A DNA stretch of 64,000 nt from Nitrosopumilus sp. (GTDB lineage Archaea > Thermoproteota > Nitrososphaeria > Nitrososphaerales > Nitrosopumilaceae), in the NCBI GenBank assembly GCA_965223425.1, contig OZ245003.1:544001-608000 (forward strand), given 5' to 3'. Shown piece by piece: positions 38,799-49,477 of the stretch (its first letter is position 1; each line of letters begins with the position of its first letter). The position numbers were made by a program, and so were the translations under genes. The notes beneath the pieces were generated by a model. The model worked only from the letters and a program-made list of their open reading frames with translations, had not been told where the DNA came from and ran no database searches.

Positions 38799-40391
38799 TT
38801 AGCCATACCTGCCATGTATTTTGTTATGACAAACTTCAAATTTTCCAAGTATCTCGTTTACATAAATCACTTTTTCATGATTTGCTCCCGGACTGGTTAA
38901 CTCATTTACGTACGCATCATATGATTTACTTCCAAATTCACTGACACCTATACCGTATTTGTTCTGTAAATCTGCTTCAACTCCAAGAAACACCACTTGA
39001 TAATTAAAGTAAGACGATCTATCGTTCACTTGTCGACACGCTAAAATTAATGTCTCATAGACAGAAATCATATCAGGATATATTTTTCGAAAACTATAGG
39101 TGTTTTCTGGAATGTTTTGTACAATGGATATGGAATCATCGCTCTGGGTATATTTTCCTAATAACACCCATTCTCCGCCTCTAATTCCCCATACCTCATA
39201 ATCTGCCTGAGCCAGGTCTCCTGCTTCATTTAGTTTTGTTGGACCAATTGAACCGCTATAATTTTCAGCAATCTCTGGAATTTTTGCTTTAATTACACTC
39301 ACATCAGTACTTTGAGTTTCAAGTATTGCAAGTCCTATAATCCAGACTGCATCATATGAGGAATGAACAAATGTGTTAGGTGCTGTACCAAGAGTTTCGG
39401 TTAGATGCGCTTGCACTTTATCATATGTTGGATTTTTAGATGCTGCAAATTGAACTGTCGTAAATTGTACATTAGTTGAAAATTCAAACCCAATTGGATC
39501 ATCTATTAGTTTGTGCTCTTTGGTATTTGCCCCTGGCCCAAACCATCTGACATCATCTAAAACATCGTGCTCAGATGCAGATTGTGTAAACTGTAAAATT
39601 TCTGCAAATCCCAAAAACAATACGGCAACTTTCTCTGAGCCATACTCGGCAACATATCCCTGAACTTTCTCAGCTAATAGGGAGGTTGATGCTGAAAATT
39701 CTGGGGATTCGGGATTATAACGGATTCCCTCGTCTGCCTGACCCCCTCTTTCTGTAAATGAATTAGTTGTGGCCTCTTTTAGCCCATCACCCCATGTGTC
39801 TCCTCTCCAAACAGGAACTAGCACTTCAATTTCTTCATGTTGAAGCAGTGCTCCAAGTGCGGTTCCTTGATTAGAGTCATCTGGAACTAGACGAAATACA
39901 CTGTCATTTGGAATAGCTAATGCTGGTGCAGAAGAGCAACAGCTAACAAGCAGCATATTGTTAGAGTCTGAATACCCCTTGATGTTTCTAATGTTGGAAC
40001 TGGTTTCAGGACCGACTACCATTCCAATTCCTTTAGCATTAAGCGCAGTTAGCTTCTCTAGTGCAATAACAGGGTTTGTTGCAGAATCTTCTGAAACCAT
40101 TTTGAGATGCCATGAAGCTCCAATCTCTTCTAGATGTTTGTTAAACTCAACTACTCCCAACTCAGATCCTGCAAGATTTTCTATTCCGTGAGTTGCCAAA
40201 TCCCCTGTAAGTGGAAGAATCAATCCAATTGTTACTTCGCCGGATAATCCTGATGTTTCTTCTACAACCGGTGCTTCTGAAATCTCAGTTGGAACGTTTT
40301 CTACATCGTCATTACTTGATACTCCAAAAGCGACACCAATGGCAATTATAATTACTGCAATACCAATTCCTATCTTTTTCCCAGAGCCCAT
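38799..40391 (-). CDS. Branched-chain amino acid ABC substrate-binding protein with ~100-aa C-terminal extension
   Basis: N-terminal TM anchor, IGLILPLTG, VVGPETS, FRLVPDDS, SYDAVW, LNEAGDL; adjacent to livHMGF. Confidence 0.9.
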   Translation of the reverse strand: MGSGKKIGIGIAVIIIAIGVAFGVSSNDDVENVPTEISEAPVVEETSGLSGEVTIGLILPLTGDLATHGIENLAGSELGVVEFNKHLEEIGASWHLKMVSEDSATNPVIALEKLTALNAKGIGMVVGPETSSNIRNIKGYSDSNNMLLVSCCSSAPALAIPNDSVFRLVPDDSNQGTALGALLQHEEIEVLVPVWRGDTWGDGLKEATTNSFTERGGQADEGIRYNPESPEFSASTSLLAEKVQGYVAEYGSEKVAVLFLGFAEILQFTQSASEHDVLDDVRWFGPGANTKEHKLIDDPIGFEFSTNVQFTTVQFAASKNPTYDKVQAHLTETLGTAPNTFVHSSYDAVWIIGLAILETQSTDVSVIKAKIPEIAENYSGSIGPTKLNEAGDLAQADYEVWGIRGGEWVLLGKYTQSDDSISIVQNIPENTYSFRKIYPDMISVYETLILACRQVNDRSSYFNYQVVFLGVEADLQNKYGIGVSEFGSKSYDAYVNELTSPGANHEKVIYVNEILGKFEVCHNKIHGRYG

Positions 40392-40469
40392 TTTCTAATT
40401 ATTTTAGACACAAGTATTTATTAAATTCTTTTCAAAGCCCTTATTTTGGATATGATTTTCACGTAAATT

Positions 40470-41123
40470 ATGGAAATTACAGTTGATCAAATGTACAATA
40501 TTGAAAATAAAGGTCATGATATGGGATTTTTGAAAAAATTTATGATGGAAAATGCAGGAGCTGCTGCCGTAAAACGATTGGTTGAAAAACTTGATAATGT
40601 TGAATCCAAAAATGTTCTGATTTTTGTTGGAATGGGAAACAATGGAGGAGATGGCTTGGTAATGGCAAGACATCTTACAGGTTATGGTGCCAAAGTTACA
40701 GCTATGCTTCTAGGAAGCCCTGAAAATATCAAAACTGAAGAAAGTAATTGGAATTGGTCTATTCTGCAAAAAATGCCATCTGTTACGTTAATGTCAGGGG
40801 ATTCTCTTGATTTTGATTTTGATTTCAAACCTGATGTCATTATTGATGGTATCTTGGGCACTGGTATAACCGGAGAGATTCGTGAGCCGTATGCATCTGC
40901 CATTAATTACATCAACCAGACAGATTGCTACAAGCTTGCAGTAGATGTTCCATCCGGATTAGATCCGCAAACAGGGGAGACTGCAAACATCTTTACAAAA
41001 TGTGACATGACAGTTACATTTCACAAAATGAAACAAGGAATTCCTAAAAGAAAAGATTTGACAGGAGAATTGTTTGTAGAAAAAATTGGAATTCCTCTTG
41101 AAGCTGAGGAGGGTATTTTATGA
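40470..41123 (+). CDS. nnrE: NAD(P)H-hydrate epimerase (YjeF N-domain)
   Basis: MENAG, GNNGGDG, DGILGTG, AVDVPSG. Confidence 0.93.
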   Translation: MEITVDQMYNIENKGHDMGFLKKFMMENAGAAAVKRLVEKLDNVESKNVLIFVGMGNNGGDGLVMARHLTGYGAKVTAMLLGSPENIKTEESNWNWSILQKMPSVTLMSGDSLDFDFDFKPDVIIDGILGTGITGEIREPYASAINYINQTDCYKLAVDVPSGLDPQTGETANIFTKCDMTVTFHKMKQGIPKRKDLTGELFVEKIGIPLEAEEGIL

Positions 41124-41731
41124 AAGTTCATCAAATTCAAGTTGGCAATATGCAGAACTTTACTTACATTGTTGAAGATGAAGATACCAGTGAAGCAATT
41201 ATCATTGATCCATCATGGGATCTTATGGAATTAGAAATGGTGATAAAAAGAAATGATCTAAAAATAAAATATATTGTAAATACTCATCATCATTTTGATC
41301 ATACTCAAGGAAATGAAGCAATGAAAGAATCAACCAAGGCTCCTATCATTCAACATGAGACATCTGAATTACAACATGACATAGCTGTAAAAGATGGAGA
41401 TTACATCGAATTTGGAAACTCAAAATTAAAAGTCATTCATACTCCTGGACATTCTAAAGATAGCATATGCCTGATAGGTGATGGCAAAATTTTTTCAGGT
41501 GATACCTTGTTTGTAGGAAACTGTGGTAGGGTTGATTTGCCTGGTGGGAGTGCAAAAGAGCTTTATCATAGTCTTTTTGATGTTCTCTATTCTTTAGATG
41601 ATGATTTAGTCATGTATTCGGGCCATAATTATGGTCATTCAGATACGTCCACTATGGGACAGGAGAAAATCACCAATATGGTGATGCAAAAACGAACTGA
41701 ACAGCAGTTTGTTGAAATGATGGGCCAGTGA
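41120..41731 (+). CDS. Metallo-beta-lactamase fold hydrolase (glyoxalase II-like)
   Basis: THHHFDH, HTPGHS, FSGDTLF. Confidence 0.92.
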   Translation: MKVHQIQVGNMQNFTYIVEDEDTSEAIIIDPSWDLMELEMVIKRNDLKIKYIVNTHHHFDHTQGNEAMKESTKAPIIQHETSELQHDIAVKDGDYIEFGNSKLKVIHTPGHSKDSICLIGDGKIFSGDTLFVGNCGRVDLPGGSAKELYHSLFDVLYSLDDDLVMYSGHNYGHSDTSTMGQEKITNMVMQKRTEQQFVEMMGQ

Positions 41732-42801
41732 TCTTTTTGGAAAATTTTGAACTGTTTGGGAATGTTGAAAAGGGTCAAATTTTTCTTGAAAGTGTAAAAT
41801 CTAAAAAATTTCTTTTTTCATTTGTGATTTCATATACTGAAACCTGCGAAATTCCTGGAATTACTTTTGCGGGCGCAGACAAGGACTCAATTCAGTTTAC
41901 TCCTCCAGCTGATGCAGAATATCTTCATTATGGTTATTGTAAAACAATTGATAAAATCCCAATGACTCCTGATGGAAAACCAACTCCTGGATTGTTGACC
42001 AAGACTGCATTGGAATTATCAAGCATTCCTCATTTAACAATTAATGCTGGTAGTAAAATCGCTCCCCAACTACCTTTCATTGATACTGGATTGTCTTTTG
42101 GAAAAAATATTTCAGCACAAGATGCTATGACAGATTCTCAAGTATCCCATGCCGTTGATTATGGTAGAATTGCTGGAAGAAGTATGGCGTCTTTAACTGA
42201 CTGTTTGATAATTGGTGAAAGTATCCCTGGCGGAACTACTACTGCATTAGCTGTATTGAAAGCCTTAGGTTTTGATGCTAAGGTGAGTTCAAGCATTCCA
42301 AACAATCCTGTCGAATTAAAAAATCAAGTTGTTGATTCTGCACTTGGGAGAATTGATTCTGATCATCCTTACAGTGTTGTTGCAAAAGTTGGAGATCCGA
42401 TGATTCCTTTTGTTGCAGGAATGCTGAGCTCGGCTTCTGATGTTTCTAAAGTTATGCTGGCAGGCGGGACTCAAATGACTGCTGTATTGGCATTTGCGTC
42501 AAAAATTGGATTTAATCAAGAAAACACTGCAATTGGAACAACATCATACATCACAAATGATGAAACAGCAAATTTCACGAATTTAGTCGAGAAAATTGCA
42601 GATATTCCAGCAATTTCTGTAAATCCGGACTTGGAGAATTCGCAATATCCTGGTCTGAAGGCATTTTCAGAAGGATTTGCAAAAGAAGGTGTAGGGGCCG
42701 GTGGCAGTATCATCTCATCTATGCTCAAAACGGGAAACAACTCTGCAAAATTTTTAGAAATGGCAGAAAAAGAGTATCGCCGATTGTTTACTTTACAGTA
42801 A
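41728..42801 (+). CDS. cobT: Archaeal nicotinate-nucleotide-dependent phosphoribosyltransferase CobT
   Basis: IPGITFAG, GESIPGGTTTA, LAGGTQM, KEGVGAGG. Confidence 0.9.
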   Translation: MIFLENFELFGNVEKGQIFLESVKSKKFLFSFVISYTETCEIPGITFAGADKDSIQFTPPADAEYLHYGYCKTIDKIPMTPDGKPTPGLLTKTALELSSIPHLTINAGSKIAPQLPFIDTGLSFGKNISAQDAMTDSQVSHAVDYGRIAGRSMASLTDCLIIGESIPGGTTTALAVLKALGFDAKVSSSIPNNPVELKNQVVDSALGRIDSDHPYSVVAKVGDPMIPFVAGMLSSASDVSKVMLAGGTQMTAVLAFASKIGFNQENTAIGTTSYITNDETANFTNLVEKIADIPAISVNPDLENSQYPGLKAFSEGFAKEGVGAGGSIISSMLKTGNNSAKFLEMAEKEYRRLFTLQ

Positions 42802-44548
42802 CTGACTTTGCTAAATTTCTAGGATAGTCAGGATCTGTATCTTTTTCAAGTGCCGCATAGTAAGATAACAACTGTATTGGAATGATTTCTGAAATTGGAT
42901 ACAGCACTTCATCTATTTTTGGCATTTCTATCCAATAATCATAAACATCACTTTCTATATCTGAAACCCCGATAATTTTTGCCCCACGAGCTTTAATTTC
43001 TCTTGCACTTGTCAGCGTATCTGAATACGTTGAGTCATTTGGATTGATAATTATCACAAATACGTTTGAATCCATTAATGCAAGAGGCCCGTGTTTTAAC
43101 TCTCCCCCTGGAATTCCTTCTGCATGGATGTATGTTAGTTCTTTAAGTTTTAGTGCTGCCTCTATTGCAATCGGATAGTTTACCCCTCTGCCTAAAACGT
43201 AAATGTCTGAAATTTCCTTTAGTTCCTTTGCGACCTGTTGAATTTTTACCGGATTTTCTAATATTTTCAGAATTGATTCGGAAAACTTTTCAAAATTAAT
43301 TGTTATGTCATTGCCACTCAATTTTTGTACAATTTTGTAGAGTATTACTAGCTGTGACGTGAAACTCTTTGTTGCAGCAACTCCTATTTCGGGGCCACAA
43401 TTCATTCCAATTACTACATCTGCTTCACGTGCAAGCGATGATGTTGTTAAATTGACAATCGATATTATTTTACAATTTGCCTGTTTTGCGATTTTGACTG
43501 CCTCTAAAACATCTGCACTTTCTCCGCTTTGAGATATTGCAATTAGAATCGAATTCCTCTCTATTGTGTCTGGTGAGAATTGGAGTTCGCTTGACATGAC
43601 TGGCTCGGCCTTGATTTTGGCATATTTTGATAGAATTTGCTTTGCAATTAATGCAGAGTTGTAGCTTGTGCCACTGCCTGTTACATAGATATTTTTTGCA
43701 TGTTTGATATAATCCGATGTTTTTTCAATTGCATCTGTTGTCTTCTCCCCAGCTTTCAGAATTGTTTCATGCTGTTCATAAATTTCTTTTAATGTAAAAT
43801 GTGCATAATCTCCCTTGTATGCATCGCCAAACTCTTTTGAAACTTTTGTTATTCCATATTTTGTATGTTCGCCATTAAAATCTAAAATCTGGAACTTTTC
43901 TTTATCTAAAATAACAAAATTACTATTTTCTATGTATATTGCATCATCTGTATATTCAATAAATCCCAGTACGTCACTTGACAAAAAGAAATCATCTTGC
44001 CCAACTCCTATTATTAGCGGTTCATGAAATCTTGCTGCTGCAAGTTGTCCATTTTCAAACATCGCAACAAACGCATAATGTCCTTCAAGTTCCGCAACAA
44101 CTTTGATCATCGTTTCTTTAACGTCTCCAGTTTCTTCATAATTTTTTTGAAGTAAATTTGCAATTACCTCACTATCTGTTTCACTTTTGAAACTATATTC
44201 TTCATCTTCTAATTGCTTTTTTAATTCTTCAAAATTTTCTATAATTCCATTATGTACTATTGCAATTTTTCCAGAATTACTCGGATGTGGATGTGCATTA
44301 GCATCAGTGACTTTACCGTGAGTTGCCCATCTGGTATGGCCAATTCCTACTTTTCCTGGCAAAGCGTCTAACTGAACTTTTGCATTTACGTCGCTTACTT
44401 TTCCAGTGCCTTTCTTTAATTCAATTTGATTCTCAGATTCTGTTGCAACTCCAACACTGTCGTATCCACGATATTCCATTCTTTTTAATCCATTTACAAG
44501 AATGGGTGCGGCAATTCCTTTTCCGTAGTAACCAATTATTGAACACAT
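42788..44548 (-). CDS. glmS: Glutamine-fructose-6-phosphate aminotransferase
   Basis: N-terminal Cys, EYRGYDS, HTRWATHG, PRNLAKSVTV. Confidence 0.97.
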   Translation of the reverse strand: MCSIIGYYGKGIAAPILVNGLKRMEYRGYDSVGVATESENQIELKKGTGKVSDVNAKVQLDALPGKVGIGHTRWATHGKVTDANAHPHPSNSGKIAIVHNGIIENFEELKKQLEDEEYSFKSETDSEVIANLLQKNYEETGDVKETMIKVVAELEGHYAFVAMFENGQLAAARFHEPLIIGVGQDDFFLSSDVLGFIEYTDDAIYIENSNFVILDKEKFQILDFNGEHTKYGITKVSKEFGDAYKGDYAHFTLKEIYEQHETILKAGEKTTDAIEKTSDYIKHAKNIYVTGSGTSYNSALIAKQILSKYAKIKAEPVMSSELQFSPDTIERNSILIAISQSGESADVLEAVKIAKQANCKIISIVNLTTSSLAREADVVIGMNCGPEIGVAATKSFTSQLVILYKIVQKLSGNDITINFEKFSESILKILENPVKIQQVAKELKEISDIYVLGRGVNYPIAIEAALKLKELTYIHAEGIPGGELKHGPLALMDSNVFVIIINPNDSTYSDTLTSAREIKARGAKIIGVSDIESDVYDYWIEMPKIDEVLYPISEIIPIQLLSYYAALEKDTDPDYPRNLAKSVTVK

Positions 44549-44821
44549 GATATTCTCACTGATAGTTGGGGTTATTTACTGATGCGTTCCTATAATTTTA
44601 CGAATTATCAAATTTTGTGCATATATTGAATTTCATTTGGGCCTATCTGATCAGCTATTCATTCACACAATTTTTCAAGACATTGAGGCTAAAGGATCTA
44701 ATATTTTGGGATTTTATTTTAAATTTTAGAGATATTATTCCCCACTCAACTCTATTTCAAGAATCTACCTATAACCCCGATAACTGCTGGATGTTAGCTA
44801 CTGATAGTCTTATTTTTTCGA

Positions 44822-45394
44822 TTATTCTGTTGAAGGGCTCTCATCTTTTGATGTTTCTTCAGCTGGTGCCTCTACTGCTTCAGGCTCTGGTTTTGTCTTT
44901 TCTAGCATTCCAGGAATTTTAGATTCAGGTGCAAAATGTATGCTGTCTTCTTCTCCTACTGTAACTGTGTATGATGGAATGTCCACTTTTCTTTCCCCAA
45001 TCATTATGTGTCCATGAATTACTGCTTGTCTTGCTTGATATGGTGTTTTGAATCCAAGTTTGTTTGTAACAATAGTTTGTAATCTACGTGAAAGTAAATC
45101 ATTCACGTTTAGATTAAGTACGTCATCTAGTGTTGCATCGTTAGTTACTAATCCAATTTTGGCAAGTGATTTCATTAAAATTGGCTCTTTTTCTTCTCTG
45201 ATCTCTTGTCTTAATGCAAGTAATGATCTTGCTTGATGTCTAACTCGCGATAATTCTGTATGTGCTTTCCATAACTCCCTTTTAGTTCTTAATCCAAATG
45301 TACCAAGTGTTTTTAGCTCTTCCATCTTTAATTCATAATTAAGAGGCCTCTTTGGTTTTCTCCAAACTCTACGTGGATATTTTGGATCTCCCAT
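44822..45394 (-). CDS. rps4: 30S ribosomal protein S4
   Basis: [21 protein letters not shown]. Confidence 0.96.
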   Translation of the reverse strand: MGDPKYPRRVWRKPKRPLNYELKMEELKTLGTFGLRTKRELWKAHTELSRVRHQARSLLALRQEIREEKEPILMKSLAKIGLVTNDATLDDVLNLNVNDLLSRRLQTIVTNKLGFKTPYQARQAVIHGHIMIGERKVDIPSYTVTVGEEDSIHFAPESKIPGMLEKTKPEPEAVEAPAEETSKDESPSTE

Positions 45395-45403
45395 TCAAAA
45401 CAC

Positions 45404-46003
45404 CTATTCTTTTTTCTCCTTTGGCGCATCTTTCTTTTCTGCTGCAGGTGCGTCAGCTGCTGCTGCTCCCTCAGCTGGTGCCGCTGCTCCCTCAACTGGT
45501 GCTGCACCTTCTGCTGCTGGGGCCCCTTTCTTTACCGGTGCTGCTAATCCTCCTTTGGCGACACCAACTGCGCCACCTTTTCTGCCTGAAGTTCTAGTTC
45601 TTTGCCCTCTAACTTTTAGACCACTTAGATGGCGGTAACCCCTCCAGCTTGCAGTAATTCTTTCTCTTTCAATATCATTTCTTAATGTAAATGGAATGTC
45701 TGATGTCAACAAATGCAAGTTTGCTCCGGTTTCAATATCTTTTTGTCTGTTAAGAAACCATGTTGGGAAATTTCCCCCAACTGGATCTGTAATTAATTTT
45801 TCAATTGCTTGAACATTTTCTTCAGTAAGGTTTCCAATATTGGAGTTTGTGTTAATTTTTAAAGTATCACAAATTGCTATGGCAAAGTTATATCCGATGC
45901 CTTTAATCTGAGTTAGCCCTACAAGCAATTTTCTCTCCCCTGGGATATCGTTTCCAACAATCCTTACAATGTGTCTGTATTCTTGGCTGCTCAAGTATTC
46001 CAA
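45404..46003 (-). CDS. rps13: 30S ribosomal protein S13
   Basis: [21 protein letters not shown]; Ala-rich tail. Confidence 0.96.
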   Translation of the reverse strand: MEYLSSQEYRHIVRIVGNDIPGERKLLVGLTQIKGIGYNFAIAICDTLKINTNSNIGNLTEENVQAIEKLITDPVGGNFPTWFLNRQKDIETGANLHLLTSDIPFTLRNDIERERITASWRGYRHLSGLKVRGQRTRTSGRKGGAVGVAKGGLAAPVKKGAPAAEGAAPVEGAAAPAEGAAAADAPAAEKKDAPKEKKE

Positions 46004-46063
46004 AATTCAAAGAAGCCCCGATAAAAACCATACTAGGCGTCAAATAATTAGATGCTTTTCAAA

Positions 46064-46216
46064 TCATCTAAAGTCTTCATCATCTGTCCAGTCATTGCCT
46101 TGGGCATTCCATTGGTTACATTTACAGCATTTTTTGACTCCTCTTTGGGCATCAATATCTATGCAAAAACAGTGCTCTCCCTTCCCAGACGGATCTTTAC
46201 TACATAGTTTTTGCAT
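46064..46216 (-). CDS. 50-aa Cys-rich microprotein
   Basis: MQKLCSKDPSGKGEHCFCIDIDAQRGVKKCCKCNQWNAQGNDWTDDEDFR; fills the intergenic gap. Confidence 0.6.
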   Translation of the reverse strand: MQKLCSKDPSGKGEHCFCIDIDAQRGVKKCCKCNQWNAQGNDWTDDEDFR

Positions 46217-46305
46217 AATCTTCTGAATACCTTTTTCCTAATTATCTTATTGGAATATATCTTACTTGAAAAGTTATAAATTTCTAAATCTTCCATTTTA
46301 GAGGA

Positions 46306-46617
46306 ATGGCTGAAACTATTGATCGGGAAAAAATTGTAGATTGTATGTTTGATCCCGTAACATCTTCATTATTGGCAGAACTGGAGGACGGTGAAAAAGA
46401 ATGCTCGTTTTTAGCCCAACAATCATCCATACCTGAATCTGAAGTTCTTGAAAGGCTATCTTATTTGATAGAGCATGGATTTATTTCTAAGAATTCTGAT
46501 GATGGAAAATGCATACTTGCTGCCAATTTTGAAAAACTCAGTTCCATTGTTGAAAATAATGAAAATTTTGATGCTGCCATTGACGGTCTTGAAAAGATGG
46601 ATAGTTACCTAAATTGA
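46306..46617 (+). CDS. Winged-HTH-like protein
   Basis: DP....LAEL..GEK...LA......V..RLSYLIEHGFI ArsR-like pattern. Confidence 0.7.
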   Translation: MAETIDREKIVDCMFDPVTSSLLAELEDGEKECSFLAQQSSIPESEVLERLSYLIEHGFISKNSDDGKCILAANFEKLSSIVENNENFDAAIDGLEKMDSYLN

Positions 46618-47112
46618 TCTCATTCTATTTCTAATTCCGTAAATTCCTACTCCGACTAATCCAACCATTCCTATAACAAGCACATACACTGAGATAAAAC
46701 CAAGTGACTTCTTGCCAGCGTCTGGAAGTGGTCCTATGGCTCCAAATACTTGGGTTTCCTTACTACTTGCACTTTCAACTATCAGTTTGTAAGTTCCACT
46801 TTCAACAACATCAAATTCTTTTTCAACAGTTTCTTCATTAATTAATTGAGCAGTTATTTCAATATCAAATGGATTTAAAATCTTGGCAGAAAATACATCT
46901 TCTTTGAATTCCATAATCTGTACTGCAAAAACCCCTATTGATGTCTCTTGCGCATCAAACTCTGCTGAAATTGCTAGCATTTGATTTGAATTTATCATTC
47001 CATTTCCCTGACTGACTCCTTCTAAGACTATTTGATTTCCTATAACTAACAAGATCAATCCTATTACGATTAATGCTCCAGCAATGACTATCATTATTCC
47101 TGATTTTTGCAC
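46609..47112 (-). CDS. Membrane protein (N- and C-terminal TM)
   Basis: Hydrophobic termini flanking a beta-rich domain. Confidence 0.75.
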   Translation of the reverse strand: MQKSGIMIVIAGALIVIGLILLVIGNQIVLEGVSQGNGMINSNQMLAISAEFDAQETSIGVFAVQIMEFKEDVFSAKILNPFDIEITAQLINEETVEKEFDVVESGTYKLIVESASSKETQVFGAIGPLPDAGKKSLGFISVYVLVIGMVGLVGVGIYGIRNRMRSI

Positions 47113-47183
47113 AAACTGTGATTGATTTTCTTTAGTTTAAACGTAATTTTTCCTAAAACCTGTAATGGTCTTGTGTAACAAAG

Positions 47184-47225
47184 TTAGATTGGACTAAAAA
47201 AGTTAGCTTAGGTTAAATTTAAATA
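47184..47225 (+). promoter_or_regulatory. Two tandem imperfect palindromes (DtxR/MntR-like operators) next to a TATA box
   Basis: TTAGATTGGACTAA (47184-47197), TTAGCTTAGGTTAA (47203-47216), TTTAAATA (47218-47225), upstream of the MCO-ZIP genes. Confidence 0.55.
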
Positions 47226-47253
47226 AAGAATTCCTTCTTCTTCTTTACGTATC

Positions 47254-48309
47254 TTGAAAATAACGCGTTCTAATGTCATGCTCTTAGCAATTTCAGCAAT
47301 TATTGGACTTTCTGCGGTTGTAATTTTTCCACTAATCTCAGAAGCGCAATCTGAACAGAAAACATTTGTAACACATTCAGGCTCTGTTGTGCAGACATCT
47401 GGAGAAGTTATTGATCCTCTTTATGCTGTATCTGCTGTAGAGTTTGATCCAGATGAATTCCTGAGAAATTTTGAATATGGCAGAGTATCTGTCTCTGAAA
47501 GTGGACAAACAATTAGAGATTATACAATTATAGCTGAAGATGATAAAATTCAAGAAATCGCCCCTGGTATTTTTTATAATGTCTGGACTTTCAATGGAAC
47601 TGTTCCGGGTCCGACTATAAGAGCTACAGAAGGAGATCTTGTTAGAGTTCACTTCATCAACAACGGTTCAAAAGAACACACAATGCATTTTCATGGAATT
47701 CATCCAGCTATGATGGATGGAGTCTTTGAACCCGTAGGTGGTGGAGGCGGACAGTTTGTATATGAATTTGAAGCCGGTCCTGTCGGAGTTCATCCATATC
47801 ATTGTCATATTATGCCACTTGAGGAACATATCGTACATGGTCTTTATGGTGTGTTCATTGTTGATCCAAAAGAAGAGCGCCCACCAGCTGATGAGATGGT
47901 AATGGTTCTAAATGGCTTAGACACTGATTTTGATACTGAAAATAACTTCTATGCTGCAAACACCATCCCATTTTACTATCAACACCATCCCATTCAAATT
48001 AACACCCATGAATTAATTCGAGTTTATGTCGTCAATATGGTGGAATTTGATCCGATAAATAATTTTCATCTTCATGGTAATTTGTACAAATACTATCCTA
48101 CAGGTACAGATGTCGTTCCATCATTTTACACAGATATGATAACACTATCACAAACTGAGCGTGGAATTATGGAGTTTGAGTACGAATATCCTGGAAAATA
48201 TCTATTCCATGCCCATAAAGTAGAGTTCTCAGAGAAAGGTTGGGTGGGAATTTTCCTTGCCAAGGACAATCCAGAAAGAAACACACAGGAAACAGAATAT
48301 GGAACTTGA
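47254..48309 (+). CDS. Two-domain multicopper oxidase
   Basis: Signal peptide; HTMHFHG, YHCH...HIVHGL, FHLHG, FHAH. Confidence 0.92.
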   Translation: MKITRSNVMLLAISAIIGLSAVVIFPLISEAQSEQKTFVTHSGSVVQTSGEVIDPLYAVSAVEFDPDEFLRNFEYGRVSVSESGQTIRDYTIIAEDDKIQEIAPGIFYNVWTFNGTVPGPTIRATEGDLVRVHFINNGSKEHTMHFHGIHPAMMDGVFEPVGGGGGQFVYEFEAGPVGVHPYHCHIMPLEEHIVHGLYGVFIVDPKEERPPADEMVMVLNGLDTDFDTENNFYAANTIPFYYQHHPIQINTHELIRVYVVNMVEFDPINNFHLHGNLYKYYPTGTDVVPSFYTDMITLSQTERGIMEFEYEYPGKYLFHAHKVEFSEKGWVGIFLAKDNPERNTQETEYGT

Positions 48310-49477
48310 TGATAATTCATCGAAAGGAAAGGTTATTGCAAGTGGAATAATTCCATTTGCTTTTGTAATTCTTATGCTGGTTTACATTTTTGGTCCTGGC
48401 GCTGATTTGCTGGACTTGGGAGTTCCGCTACCTGAAATAACTATTGAAAAAGTAGATTTTGTAAATTCAGAAATTCAGGCCACTGTTAGAAACACCGGAC
48501 CGATTCCCGTTGAAGTGGCTATGGCAGACGTAAATGATAGAATTCAACCTGCTGCAGTAGAGCCTGATAGATTTCTTGATAGGTTTGAGACAACTTTGGT
48601 TAGAATTCCATTTGAATGGAATGAGGCTGAACCCTACATAATTGGAATAACAATTGAGGATGGAACACGATTTGAAAAAAAAGTTGAAGCTGCTGCTCCC
48701 GCATTAGAACCTACTTTAGATCTTGCTATCTTTTTTGCAATTATTGGAACTTATGTTGGAATTATTCCTGTTATGATTGGTTTATTGTGGCTTCCTTTTA
48801 TCAAAAAGATAAGCAAACAAAAATTCCATTTCTTTTTGGCATTGACTGCAGGATTGTTGCTTTTCTTAGCAATTGATTCTATTGAAGAGGCAATAGAAGT
48901 TTCTGATGAAAGCTTGGCAGGAAGCTTCAATGGGGCTTTACTTATTGCAACAGTAATTGTATTGTCTTTTCTTGGATTATACTATTCTGGAAACAAGCTT
49001 GTCAAACGGGCCAGTTCTTCAAAACTTGCAAAACCAGTTGCAATCGCATTAATGATTTCTATTGGCATAGGCCTGCATAATTTTGGCGAAGGTCTTGCAA
49101 TTGGTGCCGCAGTTGGACTGGGCTCTGTTGCATTTAGCACGTTTCTGATTGTGGGGTTTGCATTGCATAATACGACTGAAGGTATTGCCATTGCCGCACC
49201 AATGTCAAGAGGAAAGTTAATGGTTGGAAAATTGGCTGCAATGGGCATGATTGCAGGGGCTCCTGCTATTTTTGGCGCGTGGATTGGTGGTTTTTCCTAT
49301 TCTCCGTTTACTTCGGTGATTTTTCTCTCAATTGGTGCTGGTGCAATATTTCAGGTAATTGTTGTAATAATGAAATGGATTAGAGATGAAGGCGATAACA
49401 ATCTTTCAAGTGCTTCAGTGGCATCTGGTTTTGCAGTAGGAATGTTAGTTATGTATCTAACAAGCATCTTAGTTTAA
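48299..49477 (+). CDS. ZIP family metal transporter
   Basis: IGLHNFGEG, ALHNTTEG; ATG at 48299. Confidence 0.92.
   Translation: MELDDNSSKGKVIASGIIPFAFVILMLVYIFGPGADLLDLGVPLPEITIEKVDFVNSEIQATVRNTGPIPVEVAMADVNDRIQPAAVEPDRFLDRFETTLVRIPFEWNEAEPYIIGITIEDGTRFEKKVEAAAPALEPTLDLAIFFAIIGTYVGIIPVMIGLLWLPFIKKISKQKFHFFLALTAGLLLFLAIDSIEEAIEVSDESLAGSFNGALLIATVIVLSFLGLYYSGNKLVKRASSSKLAKPVAIALMISIGIGLHNFGEGLAIGAAVGLGSVAFSTFLIVGFALHNTTEGIAIAAPMSRGKLMVGKLAAMGMIAGAPAIFGAWIGGFSYSPFTSVIFLSIGAGAIFQVIVVIMKWIRDEGDNNLSSASVASGFAVGMLVMYLTSILV

Noticed and set aside
44771-44785. 10-nt match (AGTTATCGGG, minus strand) to the tnpB TIR upstream of glmS
   Set aside because: Too short and lacks the terminal part of the repeat; likely chance.
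47254-48309. Calling the multicopper protein nirK
   Set aside because: The ZIP-linked context and motif layout fit a two-domain MCO; NirK identity cannot be supported by eye.
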